Assembly: GCA_038065255.1 (NCBI GenBank)
Contig: JBBTRI010000004.1
Location: forward strand, 15,080 to 79,079
Origin: Patescibacteria group bacterium
GTDB taxonomy: Bacteria > Patescibacteriota > Patescibacteriia > JACQRZ01
Length of the DNA: 64,000 nucleotides
Direction: 5' to 3'
Shown here in pieces: positions 1-8,484 of this stretch (positions are counted from its first letter, which is position 1; each line of letters starts with the position of its first letter). A program made the translations under genes and the position numbers. The notes beneath the pieces were generated by a model. It worked only from the letters and a program-made list of their open reading frames with translations. It made no database searches and was not told the DNA's origin.

Positions 1-271
1 TATCCATAAGATGCCATAATGCGCGCATCCAATAGGGCTTTGCGTTGACATCAAGGAATGAAAAAAGGTTCAATGGATACAAGCGTTCAACGCAGATGCC
101 ATCCTCAAACGATGAGTTGAACATGAGTGATCGCAATCCTTTCCAGTCACAGATTGTTAGAACACGAACAGTATGCTTTTTTTTGAGTTCATCAACAATA
201 TCTTCAACAACTACTTCAGCTCCTCCGCGCACGAGAGGGCGAAACAGGCTTGTAATTACAACGTAGTTCAT
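1..271 (-). CDS. glycosyltransferase family 1 (GT4-type), N-terminal part only; the gene runs off the window start (3' end missing)
   Basis: Reverse-complement of 1-271 translates without stops to MNYVVITSLFRPLVRGGAEVVVEDIVDELKKKHTVRVLTICDW..., a typical GT4 N-terminal GGAE-type start. Its ATG (271-269) overlaps the TGA of the upstream GT gene in an ATGA arrangement. It is absent from the ORF track because no stop codon falls inside the window. Confidence 0.55.
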   Translation of the reverse strand, partial: MNYVVITSLFRPLVRGGAEVVVEDIVDELKKKHTVRVLTICDWKGLRSLMFNSSFEDGICVERLYPLNLFSFLDVNAKPYWMRALWHLMD

Positions 272-1425
272 ATTTTTTGAAGTTCTGATACGAATTTCTT
301 ACCAACAGCATCTGTTGAATAATTCTGAAGTGCACGTTCGCGCGCAGAACTGCTCATGCGCATACGCAGCGCCTCATCCGAAAGTAATGTATAAAGAGCC
401 TCACCTAATTCAATCGGGTTTGAAGGAGAAAAGTGCAAGCCATCAATGCCATGTCTCACAACACTGCGTACACCTGGCAAATCTGACGTAATAACCGGTT
501 TTCCACAGGCCTGTGCTTCAATAATGGCAATACCAAATGCTTCGGATGAATCAATCGATGGCAAAACAAATACATCTGCGATAGCATAATAGAGCGGCAG
601 CTCATCCGACACAACTGAACCGGCAAAGTGAATATTGCCTTCGCAATCAAGAAGTTTGCTTTGACGTTCGTATTCTTCTTTGCAATCTCCGTCACCGACA
701 ATGACGAGATGGGTGTTATTCATTGTTGAAAAGTGTTTTGAAAAAACTTGGATAAGCAGCGAAACACCTTTGAAATAGTGGGCGCTATCAAGCCCACCGA
801 CGAACACAACAACGCGATCAGTTGCCTTGATGCTATACCGTGAAAGAATACTGCTATCCTTTTGTCGAGGATAAAAAATAGTCGTATCGACTGCACAGGG
901 AAGTTCACTGAATAATTGCTTTCTTTTGCTAAGGTATTTTTTTAAATATGATTGCTGCGCATAATCCCATGATGTTACAAATACTCGGCGAGCAATACGA
1001 AGAGTGAGTGGTAAAAACAAAAATGTATACAGTTTGAATATACACCGAAACAGTCCCTTCCCAACCAAATCATGGTGATAGGTCACAACAATTTTTTTCC
1101 TCCATACATACCCCGCCAAGAGCACCAACCATTCATTGCCAATGCACGGATAGTGGAGATGAATGACATCAGCCTGCAACAAAGGTCTCAAAAGCCCCCT
1201 CATCACCGCTGCATTGCCATAGGATACAGAGGGGTTGAGACGCTTCACTTTTACTCCGCCATCAAATTCCACCGCTGCGACTTTCTTATCTAATGAAGGG
1301 TAGAGTGGAGTTGCAATGGTGACATCAAAACCCTCTTTCGCTGCCATACGCGCATTCTGTTGCGCCACGGTGCCGATTCCTCCCCTATAGGGGGGGTATA
1401 CCGCAACAACTTCGATGAGTTTCAT
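268..1425 (-). CDS. glycosyltransferase family 1 (GT4, GT-B fold)
   Basis: C-terminal EAQACGKPVITSDLPGVRSVV motif typical of GT1/GT4 enzymes. The likely start is the ATG at 1425 (MKLIEVVAVYPP...), which overlaps the stop of the upstream GT2 gene (ATGA). The ORF track's longer 5' extension is probably not used. Confidence 0.75.
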   Translation of the reverse strand: MKLIEVVAVYPPYRGGIGTVAQQNARMAAKEGFDVTIATPLYPSLDKKVAAVEFDGGVKVKRLNPSVSYGNAAVMRGLLRPLLQADVIHLHYPCIGNEWLVLLAGYVWRKKIVVTYHHDLVGKGLFRCIFKLYTFLFLPLTLRIARRVFVTSWDYAQQSYLKKYLSKRKQLFSELPCAVDTTIFYPRQKDSSILSRYSIKATDRVVVFVGGLDSAHYFKGVSLLIQVFSKHFSTMNNTHLVIVGDGDCKEEYERQSKLLDCEGNIHFAGSVVSDELPLYYAIADVFVLPSIDSSEAFGIAIIEAQACGKPVITSDLPGVRSVVRHGIDGLHFSPSNPIELGEALYTLLSDEALRMRMSSSARERALQNYSTDAVGKKFVSELQKI

Positions 1426-2489
1426 ACAAATCTTTTGATGCATTTCCAATACCAACGCGTTATCGGGTTTGCAACATTGCGGATAATGGGACTATCAACA
1501 TCTTGGAAAGCGATATCACAGGTAAAATGCCTCATGATATCCGCATCTTGTTTGACACGCAGCGGAGCGGACTTCTTACGCTCGCGCGCAATATACGCCC
1601 ATATCGATGGCTTAAGGAAAAATGCATAGCTTTTGATTTTTTCCTTCACCCTGATTACGGTATTTTTTCTCGAGAGCAGTCCGATAATACTATATGCCAC
1701 TATACTGCACTCCCAAAACAAAAATAAAGGAGCAAGAAGAACGAGTGTTTTGAGTTGATAGTTTTTGAGCATCATCAGCAGCCTATTACGTTCAATATAA
1801 TAAAACTTTTGGATGCTCCTGGAAAATTCATAGCGATGAGCAACAACAGATAACGGACTCACTACGGTACGATAGCCTGCCTGCTGCATGCGCCAACAAA
1901 TGTCGGAGTCTTCATGATACATAAAAAACTTCTCATCTAATAACCCGATCCGCCGCAGCACGTCAATGCGATAGATGACTGCTGCTCCACTGCAATATCC
2001 AACATCGCGCACTCCATCACAGAAAAACTCACTATTTTTTTTCAAATACCCCCGCGTATAACCGAATCCTAAAATATGCAGTTCATTCCCGCATGAATTG
2101 ATGAGTGTGGTATCGGGATACATGAGAATCTTGGGCTGCACTGCTCCTAATGATGCATCACTATCCAGTAAGGATATAAGAGGATCGCGCCAATTGGGCA
2201 AAAACCGTAAATCTTGGTTCGCAAGCATCACATACTGTGCTCCATGTTCAATGCCATATCGCATACCGGTATTGCACGCACCGGCAAACCCACTGTTTTT
2301 GGCATTTCGCAATACTATTGCTTGGGGACATGATGTGCGTAGAAGATCCGCTGAATTATCCGGAGAACAATCGTCTACCCCAACCAATGTATAACTGCCC
2401 TGTTCTGTGCATTGCTTCAAAGATTCACAGAAATCAGGAACATCCTGTGCACCATTATACATCGGGACAACGATCCACAGCTTTTGCAT
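1422..2489 (-). CDS. glycosyltransferase family 2 (GT-A fold)
   Basis: N-terminal VPMYNGAQDV...VGVDDCSPDNS (the DxD / DDGS-type motif of GT2 enzymes). The gene sits 23 bp downstream of the pseudopilin gene. Confidence 0.75.
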   Translation of the reverse strand: MQKLWIVVPMYNGAQDVPDFCESLKQCTEQGSYTLVGVDDCSPDNSADLLRTSCPQAIVLRNAKNSGFAGACNTGMRYGIEHGAQYVMLANQDLRFLPNWRDPLISLLDSDASLGAVQPKILMYPDTTLINSCGNELHILGFGYTRGYLKKNSEFFCDGVRDVGYCSGAAVIYRIDVLRRIGLLDEKFFMYHEDSDICWRMQQAGYRTVVSPLSVVAHRYEFSRSIQKFYYIERNRLLMMLKNYQLKTLVLLAPLFLFWECSIVAYSIIGLLSRKNTVIRVKEKIKSYAFFLKPSIWAYIARERKKSAPLRVKQDADIMRHFTCDIAFQDVDSPIIRNVANPITRWYWKCIKRFV

Positions 2490-2512
2490 ACATAGTGACC
2501 TTTCAGCAATAT

Positions 2513-3130
2513 CTAATAATCAAAGTCGATCCTGCCGGAAATCCGATCAAGCACAACTTGTTTTGTGTGATTATTTCGTGTGTTCTTGAGTGTGAGTGTC
2601 AGTTTTTTCATTTCTGTTGCCGCATCAATAAGCACAAATGATGTCGGCCGTTGAAAAAATGCTGTTGCTGTAGTTACCGTGATAATACTATCGTCTGCTG
2701 CCTTGAGTTCCTCGATTTTTTCCAATACGATCGGAGCTCCGTCCACAATAAGGGATTGGCATCGAATAACCGTGTCGGTATTAGGGGTGTATGCTTTATT
2801 ACTATCGGTATCTGCAAAAAGTACAATACCTTCATTGATGGTTGTAGAGCCGTCCACGCACGATTTGCTTGCTGCTGTTTGGAATACATATACGCCATAT
2901 CCTTGCGCATTAGCATACTGCTCAATACTGCCGGACTGGGCGGCAGATTGGCTTGTGCGAAGCGCATCGCTCATGCGCATGGTAGCAAGGCGCAACGCAT
3001 CATCCTGGCGTCCGGATTGAAACTGCACAACCGAAACAGTGGTCAAAAGGCCAATAATCGTAAGCGCTACAAGCATTTCAACGAGCGTAAAACCCCTTCG
3101 AACATCTGTCTGTTGCGTATACGTAATCAT
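2513..3130 (-). CDS. prepilin-type N-terminal cleavage/methylation domain protein (pseudopilin / minor pilin)
   Basis: An internal ATG at 3130 gives MITYTQQTDVRRGFTLVEMLVALTIIGLLTTV..., i.e. a G|FTLxE prepilin leader plus hydrophobic helix. The upstream 64 codons of the track ORF are unlikely to be coding. Confidence 0.7.
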   Translation of the reverse strand: MITYTQQTDVRRGFTLVEMLVALTIIGLLTTVSVVQFQSGRQDDALRLATMRMSDALRTSQSAAQSGSIEQYANAQGYGVYVFQTAASKSCVDGSTTINEGIVLFADTDSNKAYTPNTDTVIRCQSLIVDGAPIVLEKIEELKAADDSIITVTTATAFFQRPTSFVLIDAATEMKKLTLTLKNTRNNHTKQVVLDRISGRIDFDY

Positions 3131-3140
3131 AGTACGAGTA

Positions 3141-3983
3141 TCATAGCAAGAGCGTACGATTAACAAAAGCCATAATCGGATCTCCAATGAGAAGCATCGT
3201 GGCCGTTGCTGCTGTAAGAAACGTACCAAAAGGTACTTCACTGCCTCGCGATTTTTTGCCAGCGGCAATGAGCGCAATACCGATAATCGAACCGGTACAA
3301 TAGGCAATAAACAGCGCCACAAGCACCTGGGGCCAGCCGAGCATAAGTCCCATCATGCCTCCCAAGAGGATATCCCCTCCACCAATCCATTTTCCTGATG
3401 AAACTACATATTGTGCGCCAAAAAATGCCGTTGGAACAAGCGCTGCAACACCAAGATTTAACCATGCCGGCAGAATATAGTGTGGAGAAAAAAGTGGTGG
3501 CATAAGCAGATGAGCCGCTAACGCTAGCGCACAACCTGTCAGAACAACGCTGTCATAGATCGCAAACCAACGAAGATCGGTGACAAATATCACCAGTAAT
3601 ATACCCAAGAAAAATATGTTCTTAACAAACACCAAGACGGGAAAAAGCGTTCCGATTGCAAGGATCATTGATAATGATTGTGCTTGAAATTCTGAGAGTA
3701 TCGCAAGGTAAGCTACTACAACCAACACTCCCATTGCAAGCTCTACAAACGGGTATTGGGGTGATAGGGGTGCCTTACAATATCTGCACGTGCCTTTCAA
3801 CACCAAAAAACTTACCAGAGGAATAAGATCCTTGATAGTAAGTGCTGTGTTGCAAGTACCGCAATGCGAACGGCCCCGCTGCCATTGTTCATTCCTGTGT
3901 AAGCGAAAAATAATAACATTCAAAAAACTGCCGACACACAAGCCCAAAAGAAATACTACCAGAAGTTCAAATATAAAAAGCAT
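3141..3983 (-). CDS. pilD: prepilin peptidase (A24 family; PilD-like)
   Basis: N-terminal GSFLNV motif, a CGTCN...CRYC zinc-binding tetracysteine, and multiple transmembrane segments, all typical of leader peptidase/N-methyltransferase. Confidence 0.8.
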   Translation of the reverse strand: MLFIFELLVVFLLGLCVGSFLNVIIFRLHRNEQWQRGRSHCGTCNTALTIKDLIPLVSFLVLKGTCRYCKAPLSPQYPFVELAMGVLVVVAYLAILSEFQAQSLSMILAIGTLFPVLVFVKNIFFLGILLVIFVTDLRWFAIYDSVVLTGCALALAAHLLMPPLFSPHYILPAWLNLGVAALVPTAFFGAQYVVSSGKWIGGGDILLGGMMGLMLGWPQVLVALFIAYCTGSIIGIALIAAGKKSRGSEVPFGTFLTAATATMLLIGDPIMAFVNRTLLL

Positions 3984-3989
3984 TTCAGG

Positions 3990-4523
3990 TTATTGGACTC
4001 CTGATGGGCGCGCTATATGCTCCCCCGGTGTATACCCTGCTATAGTTGTTTCGAGATTGAATTTCATTTGGTATGCTGTGGGCTTATCATTACCTGGCAG
4101 CGTTTCCGGTTTATAGCGGTAGTACATAGGACCACCCGGCTGTGGGTTGCCCGGAACTTTACTCATATACACAGGAAATGCTCCGCATGCAGCAAGCGTA
4201 GCTTCAAAACCATACTGCGTTGCAGCACAGAGCACATTGTGGTTTGCATCTCCCAAATTCACAAACCCTTCGCCATCTTTTAAATTATCCTTAGTCTGTG
4301 GATAACCATTTGTTTGATTGAAATAAAACTCCAAGCCTGTTTGAAGCTGCTTAATATCCGCTAACCGTTTGGAATCGCGTGCGACCTGGCGCACATTTCC
4401 CACTGATAGCACGGTAATGCTTGCCAATAGACCAATGATTGAAATGGTAACAAGAAGTTCCACAAGTGTGAAACCTTTTTTGCAAAGAGTGGTATCTAGT
4501 TTCATAGTGATATTTGAAAACAA
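3990..4523 (-). CDS. type IV pilin-like protein
   Basis: KKGFTLVELLVTISIIGLLASITV prepilin N-terminus (G|FTLVE). The variable C-terminal domain ends in the motif GEHIARPSGVQ. Confidence 0.75.
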   Translation of the reverse strand: MFSNITMKLDTTLCKKGFTLVELLVTISIIGLLASITVLSVGNVRQVARDSKRLADIKQLQTGLEFYFNQTNGYPQTKDNLKDGEGFVNLGDANHNVLCAATQYGFEATLAACGAFPVYMSKVPGNPQPGGPMYYRYKPETLPGNDKPTAYQMKFNLETTIAGYTPGEHIARPSGVQ

Positions 4524-4577
4524 AGTTAGTTATGCACTTCTTGTATGATTATATCACAATAATGTAAAAACAAAAAA

Positions 4578-4606
4578 CACCCCCGAATCTTGGGGGTGTT
4601 TGAAGT
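4578..4606 (-). terminator. rho-independent terminator hairpin (palindromic; could work on either strand)
   Basis: A-run followed by the cacccccgaatcttgggggtg stem-loop and then a T-run, immediately downstream of the pilin gene ending at 4616. Confidence 0.5.
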
Positions 4607-4615
4607 TCGCAATAA

Positions 4616-5113
4616 TTATGGAGCAATACCTGTCGGAGTAGCCTTGTAGGTTGCAGCAGCACCAAGCGATGTAGTACCTTCCGTGGTAAATGTCATCGTA
4701 TAGGTAAGTCTGTTTACATCTGCAGCAATGTCTTTGAGATAGAGATATTCCTTCCCGTCAGTAGGATCATGGGGTACCACATTAAGGTATACAGTTTCAT
4801 CCGCAGCAGGAGTTTCCTTTATACCGGCTGATGTAATAGCCATAGGATCATTAGCATCATTTGTATTTCTACCAAGTTTAAGATCCGCACCTGATGCAGG
4901 ATACATACCTCCATGCTCATTATTATACAGTTCAAGAGCATTCTGAATCTGCTTGATATCAGCAATGCGGCGTGTATCACGCGCTTTAATGCGCACAGAA
5001 TTCACTGATACAATTGCGATACCAGCCAGTAAACCAATAATTGCCACAACTACCAACAATTCGACGAGTGTAAAACCTTTTTGAAGCCCTAGAGCATATT
5101 TTCTCATATTCAT
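4616..5113 (-). CDS. type IV pilin (paralog)
   Basis: Probable start at the ATG at 5113 (MNMRKYALGLQKGFTLVELLVVVAIIGLLAGIAIVSVNSVRIKARDTRRIADIKQIQNALELYNNE...). Its N-terminal 60 aa are nearly identical to those of the next gene. Confidence 0.75.
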   Translation of the reverse strand: MNMRKYALGLQKGFTLVELLVVVAIIGLLAGIAIVSVNSVRIKARDTRRIADIKQIQNALELYNNEHGGMYPASGADLKLGRNTNDANDPMAITSAGIKETPAADETVYLNVVPHDPTDGKEYLYLKDIAADVNRLTYTMTFTTEGTTSLGAAATYKATPTGIAP

Positions 5114-5117
5114 ATTT

Positions 5118-5588
5118 TTATCTTCCACTAATACCCGTAGGTGTTGCTTTATAGTTTCCAAGCGCGCCGAGTGATGTAACGCCCTCTGTTGCAAAATTAA
5201 TCTGATAATTCAAGCAAGGTTTTGTTGCATCACCTTCGGTACCGCACGCTAGATATTGATATTGGAATTCACCGTTATTTGTCGGGTCTTTCGGCACGAC
5301 ATTTAAAAACGTAGGGTCACCTGCAGCAAAACCATTTGTAGAAATCACAGTAATGCCCGCATCACCAAGTTCCTTAGTAGCTGTTGCTTGAGGATAGAGT
5401 CCTCCTTTTTCATTATTATACAGCTCAAGCGCATTCTGGATTTGCTTAACATCTGCAATGCGACGTGTATCACGCGCTTTAATACGTACCGAATTCACCG
5501 ATACAATTGCAATACCCGCCAGTAAACCGATGATTGCCACAACCACCAGCAATTCGACGAGTGTAAAGCCTTTTTGAATATTTTTCAT
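5118..5588 (-). CDS. type IV pilin (paralog)
   Basis: MKNIQKGFTLVELLVVVAIIGLLAGIAIVSVNSVRIKARDTRRIADVKQIQNALELYNNE... The C-terminus carries a YKATPTGI motif shared with the 4616 gene. Confidence 0.8.
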   Translation of the reverse strand: MKNIQKGFTLVELLVVVAIIGLLAGIAIVSVNSVRIKARDTRRIADVKQIQNALELYNNEKGGLYPQATATKELGDAGITVISTNGFAAGDPTFLNVVPKDPTNNGEFQYQYLACGTEGDATKPCLNYQINFATEGVTSLGALGNYKATPTGISGR

Positions 5589-5638
5589 AGGCTAATGTGC
5601 TTAAAATTAATGATTAAATGAATCTTATTGTAAGTATA

Positions 5639-6100
5639 TTAGGGAACTACAACTACCGGTTTAATTTTCATCCCACCGGAAGTTGCTTGATAGGTACCTT
5701 TTTCCATGGTACCCGTTCCAGTTTCGAGAACAAATTCTATAATATAATCCTTTGTGGGGGCAGCAGGTGTGGGATATACATAGGATTGTGTTGAAGCTGG
5801 GTCCTTTGGAACTGGGTTTAAATAAACACTATCTCCGACTCCTACAGCAGTCGTAAAACCTAGATTAGAAATAGCAACACCACTACCTTCTCCAATTTTT
5901 GCAACCTCAGCTGCGGGATAGGTTCCTGAATCACTATAATATAACTCAAGCGCATTTTGGATCTGTTTGATATCTGCAACTCTTCGAGCATCCCGTGCTT
6001 TGGAACGCACACTATTTACCGATACCGTGGCAATGCCTGCCATGAGTCCAATAATTGCAACAACAACGAGCAATTCAACGAGCGTAAAACCTTTTTTCAT
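5639..6100 (-). CDS. type IV pilin (paralog)
   Basis: MKKGFTLVELLVVVAIIGLMAGIATVSVNSVRSKARDARRVADIKQIQNALELYY... prepilin N-terminus, with a divergent C-terminal domain. Confidence 0.8.
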   Translation of the reverse strand: MKKGFTLVELLVVVAIIGLMAGIATVSVNSVRSKARDARRVADIKQIQNALELYYSDSGTYPAAEVAKIGEGSGVAISNLGFTTAVGVGDSVYLNPVPKDPASTQSYVYPTPAAPTKDYIIEFVLETGTGTMEKGTYQATSGGMKIKPVVVVP

Positions 6101-6161
6101 AATTATTCTTCTCTATATCGCTTAGTTATCCACAATGAGTACCTTTGATAGTATAGCATAT

Positions 6162-7373
6162 CTACATTTTTGACGATAGTGTGTACATTGGCAATAGAAT
6201 ACCTGCAACCATAACACCCACACCCAAGCCGAGCAGTACCATAATAGCCGGTTCAATGAGTGATATAACGTTATCCAGCATTACTCCCACCTCGCGATTA
6301 TAAAACTGGCTCACTTTTTCCAATACATCATCCAAGCGCCCGGTCTGCTCGCCCACGGAAAGCATGTGGGTAACCATCGGAGGAATCTCATGGCTTTTGG
6401 CGAATGCCGTAGAAATAGGATTGCCATCTTCCACTTCTTTAATGGTCTGCGTAATCAAATCCTCATATACCGCATTACCCACAATATCCCTTACCACGCG
6501 TAATCCTATAGGAATAGTAATGCCCCCCACGAGAATTGTCCCGAGACTCCGAGAAAAACGCACCAATGATACATACGTAAATAATTTGCCAAATACCGGC
6601 AGCTTAAGCATGATGAAATGAATAACATAGCGCCCGGCAGGAGTTCTGATGTATACATTGAATGCTACAATTATCCCAATAAGAATAATGATGATAAGCC
6701 ACCAAAAATGGGTAAAAAACCAGCTGGTACCGATCAAGATGCGTGTTGCAATCGGAAGCTCTACGCCAGGCCCCATATCGGTAAACATCGTGAGCATTTT
6801 AGGCAGCACAAATACAAACATCACAAAACTTGCGACAATCATCATGCAGATAATGAAAATCGGATAGGACAACGCGCCAATCAACTTGCTTTGGAGTTCA
6901 TATTCTTTTTCTTGTTGGTCAGCAAGGTAATTCATAATTTCATCCAAGCGCCCTGAAGTTTCACCGGATTTAATCATGTTTACAAAGTACGAATTGAACA
7001 AATTCGGATACCTGCCCAATGCTTGGGAAAGCTTCATGCCGCCTTCAACTTCATTCACCACATTGGAAAGCGCCTCTTTCAGTGCTCCGCTTGAGGATTG
7101 CTGCGAAAGGATTTTGAGAGCCTGAACCAGCGGTACTGCCGCGGAAACCAAGATGGAAAGCTGGCGCAGGAAAATAGCAAGGTCCTTTTTTGAAACACGG
7201 GAAAAAAACATTCCAATGACCTTAGTAAAGCTTGTTTCAACCACTTCTTTCAACTCCATCACAGCCAGCTCACGCTCCAGGAGCATTTCTGCAGCATGGG
7301 ACTGGGATTCCGCCTCGAGCATCCCTTCAATGTCTTCGCTATTCCTGTTTTTTGCTTTATATTTGAATCGCAT
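6162..7373 (-). CDS. pilC: type IV pilus assembly platform protein PilC / GspF family
   Basis: Two T2SS-F repeats and a GETSGRLDEIMNYLADQQEKEYEL-type motif. The likely ATG start is at 7373 (MRFKYKAKNRNSEDIEGMLEAESQ...), whereas the track ORF begins at an upstream TTG. Confidence 0.8.
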   Translation of the reverse strand: MRFKYKAKNRNSEDIEGMLEAESQSHAAEMLLERELAVMELKEVVETSFTKVIGMFFSRVSKKDLAIFLRQLSILVSAAVPLVQALKILSQQSSSGALKEALSNVVNEVEGGMKLSQALGRYPNLFNSYFVNMIKSGETSGRLDEIMNYLADQQEKEYELQSKLIGALSYPIFIICMMIVASFVMFVFVLPKMLTMFTDMGPGVELPIATRILIGTSWFFTHFWWLIIIILIGIIVAFNVYIRTPAGRYVIHFIMLKLPVFGKLFTYVSLVRFSRSLGTILVGGITIPIGLRVVRDIVGNAVYEDLITQTIKEVEDGNPISTAFAKSHEIPPMVTHMLSVGEQTGRLDDVLEKVSQFYNREVGVMLDNVISLIEPAIMVLLGLGVGVMVAGILLPMYTLSSKM

Positions 7374-7398
7374 GGAAATAAGTATACCACACAAAATC

Positions 7399-7785
7399 TT
7401 ATCGATAGCGCGTGGGGCGGCGGGAAATGAGGAAAAATTCTGCTAACGTCAACCCCACTACCAAAAATGCAAGATTATACCACGTCAAAAGCCTCAGTGC
7501 CTGCAGAATAAGAAAGCCGTCCACAAGCAGTGCAAATGAGAATGCCTGACGGAATGAAAGGTGTACGCGCTGAAATACGATTTCCTTTTTAAATACCCAT
7601 GTCCTCACAAAAAAACCGATAATTGCAAACGTTCCAATCATGCTAAAGGTCAAGCTTACATAAAAAAGCAAAAGCCCCACCATGCCGGTGTCAAAGGGAT
7701 TCACTGTAGAAATGACATAGAACCACGCACCCCAGGAAAGAAGGGTACCTGCAAGCATCATGAGGATATAATGAAAAAGTGTCAT
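7399..7785 (-). CDS. hypothetical small membrane protein (3-4 TM segments)
   Basis: The ORF has hydrophobic segments and is tightly packed between pilC and the next membrane protein. Confidence 0.4.
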   Translation of the reverse strand: MTLFHYILMMLAGTLLSWGAWFYVISTVNPFDTGMVGLLLFYVSLTFSMIGTFAIIGFFVRTWVFKKEIVFQRVHLSFRQAFSFALLVDGFLILQALRLLTWYNLAFLVVGLTLAEFFLISRRPTRYR

Positions 7786-7791
7786 AGGATA

Positions 7792-8175
7792 TTATTGAAT
7801 GCCGCTTGGGGTGACAATATGTTCTCCTTTCGGATAGATTACATTTGTTTTTAATAGAAAGCGCACACGGTATGAAGGACAACGCGATTGGCTTTGGCAT
7901 TCTGTTGAGCTATCGGCAAGGAGCGGCACATAAGCGGCCGCCAAAAAACCGAAGCGCTGCAAAAACGGATCCTGGAGATGGGGATAAGCAGCATACTGCT
8001 GGGCGTAGAGCGAGAGTGAATCCTTCATACTAGCAACTTGTGAAACAATCTGCAGGTCGTATGAACGTTCGGACTCATACGCATTCCAATAGTAAAATCC
8101 AACACTGCTGAGCGCAATGAGCATACCGGCAATAATCCATCTGAAAATCGGTTTCATAGGGCTATGTAGTAACAA
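7792..8175 (-). CDS. hypothetical membrane-anchored protein whose C-terminal motif is shared with the pilin at 3990
   Basis: N-terminal transmembrane segment (MKPIFRWIIAGMLIALSSVGFYYW). The C-terminus ...KTNVIYPKGEHIVTPSGIQ parallels ...TIAGYTPGEHIARPSGVQ of pilin 3990..4523. Confidence 0.4.
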   Translation of the reverse strand: MLLHSPMKPIFRWIIAGMLIALSSVGFYYWNAYESERSYDLQIVSQVASMKDSLSLYAQQYAAYPHLQDPFLQRFGFLAAAYVPLLADSSTECQSQSRCPSYRVRFLLKTNVIYPKGEHIVTPSGIQ

Positions 8176-8461
8176 TAGTTATTCTATCAGCCACGGATTT
8201 ATCAAATCCCTCATTCACATACTGTACAATCATTTCTTCATACATGCCGATCGAAGCAGCTGCCGAGGAATCAATACATGCAAACGTAAGAATCCTACCC
8301 CTCAGTGAAAGTGGTTTGATAACCTCAAGGATATCGGCCCCAAAAAATTCTTTAACAATTTCTTCTGATCGGCTCACTGCCTTGGCAGCCGTAACGCCTC
8401 GATGGATTCCCGCACGATGCACCGCGCGGTTGAGAAGGGTATGCAATGCTGTAAAGGCCAT
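8162..8461 (-). CDS. hypothetical protein
   Basis: A 99-aa ORF lying between the helicase and the membrane protein genes. I recognised no family. Confidence 0.3.
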   Translation of the reverse strand: MAFTALHTLLNRAVHRAGIHRGVTAAKAVSRSEEIVKEFFGADILEVIKPLSLRGRILTFACIDSSAAASIGMYEEMIVQYVNEGFDKSVADRITIVTT

Positions 8462-8484
8462 ATAGTGTAGTATAGCACTTATTG

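Noticed and set aside
45-266. Track ORF 45..266 on the plus strand
   Set aside because: The minus-strand frame over the same bases gives a convincing GT4 N-terminus (MNYVVITSLFRPLVRGGAEVVV...) with an ATGA overlap to the upstream gene, so the plus-strand ORF is judged spurious.
8162-8461. Possible YbeY-like metal-dependent RNase for the 99-aa ORF (HTLLNRAVHRAGIH)
   Set aside because: The His spacing does not fit HxxxHxxxxxH, and the protein is too short and lacks the N-terminal region.
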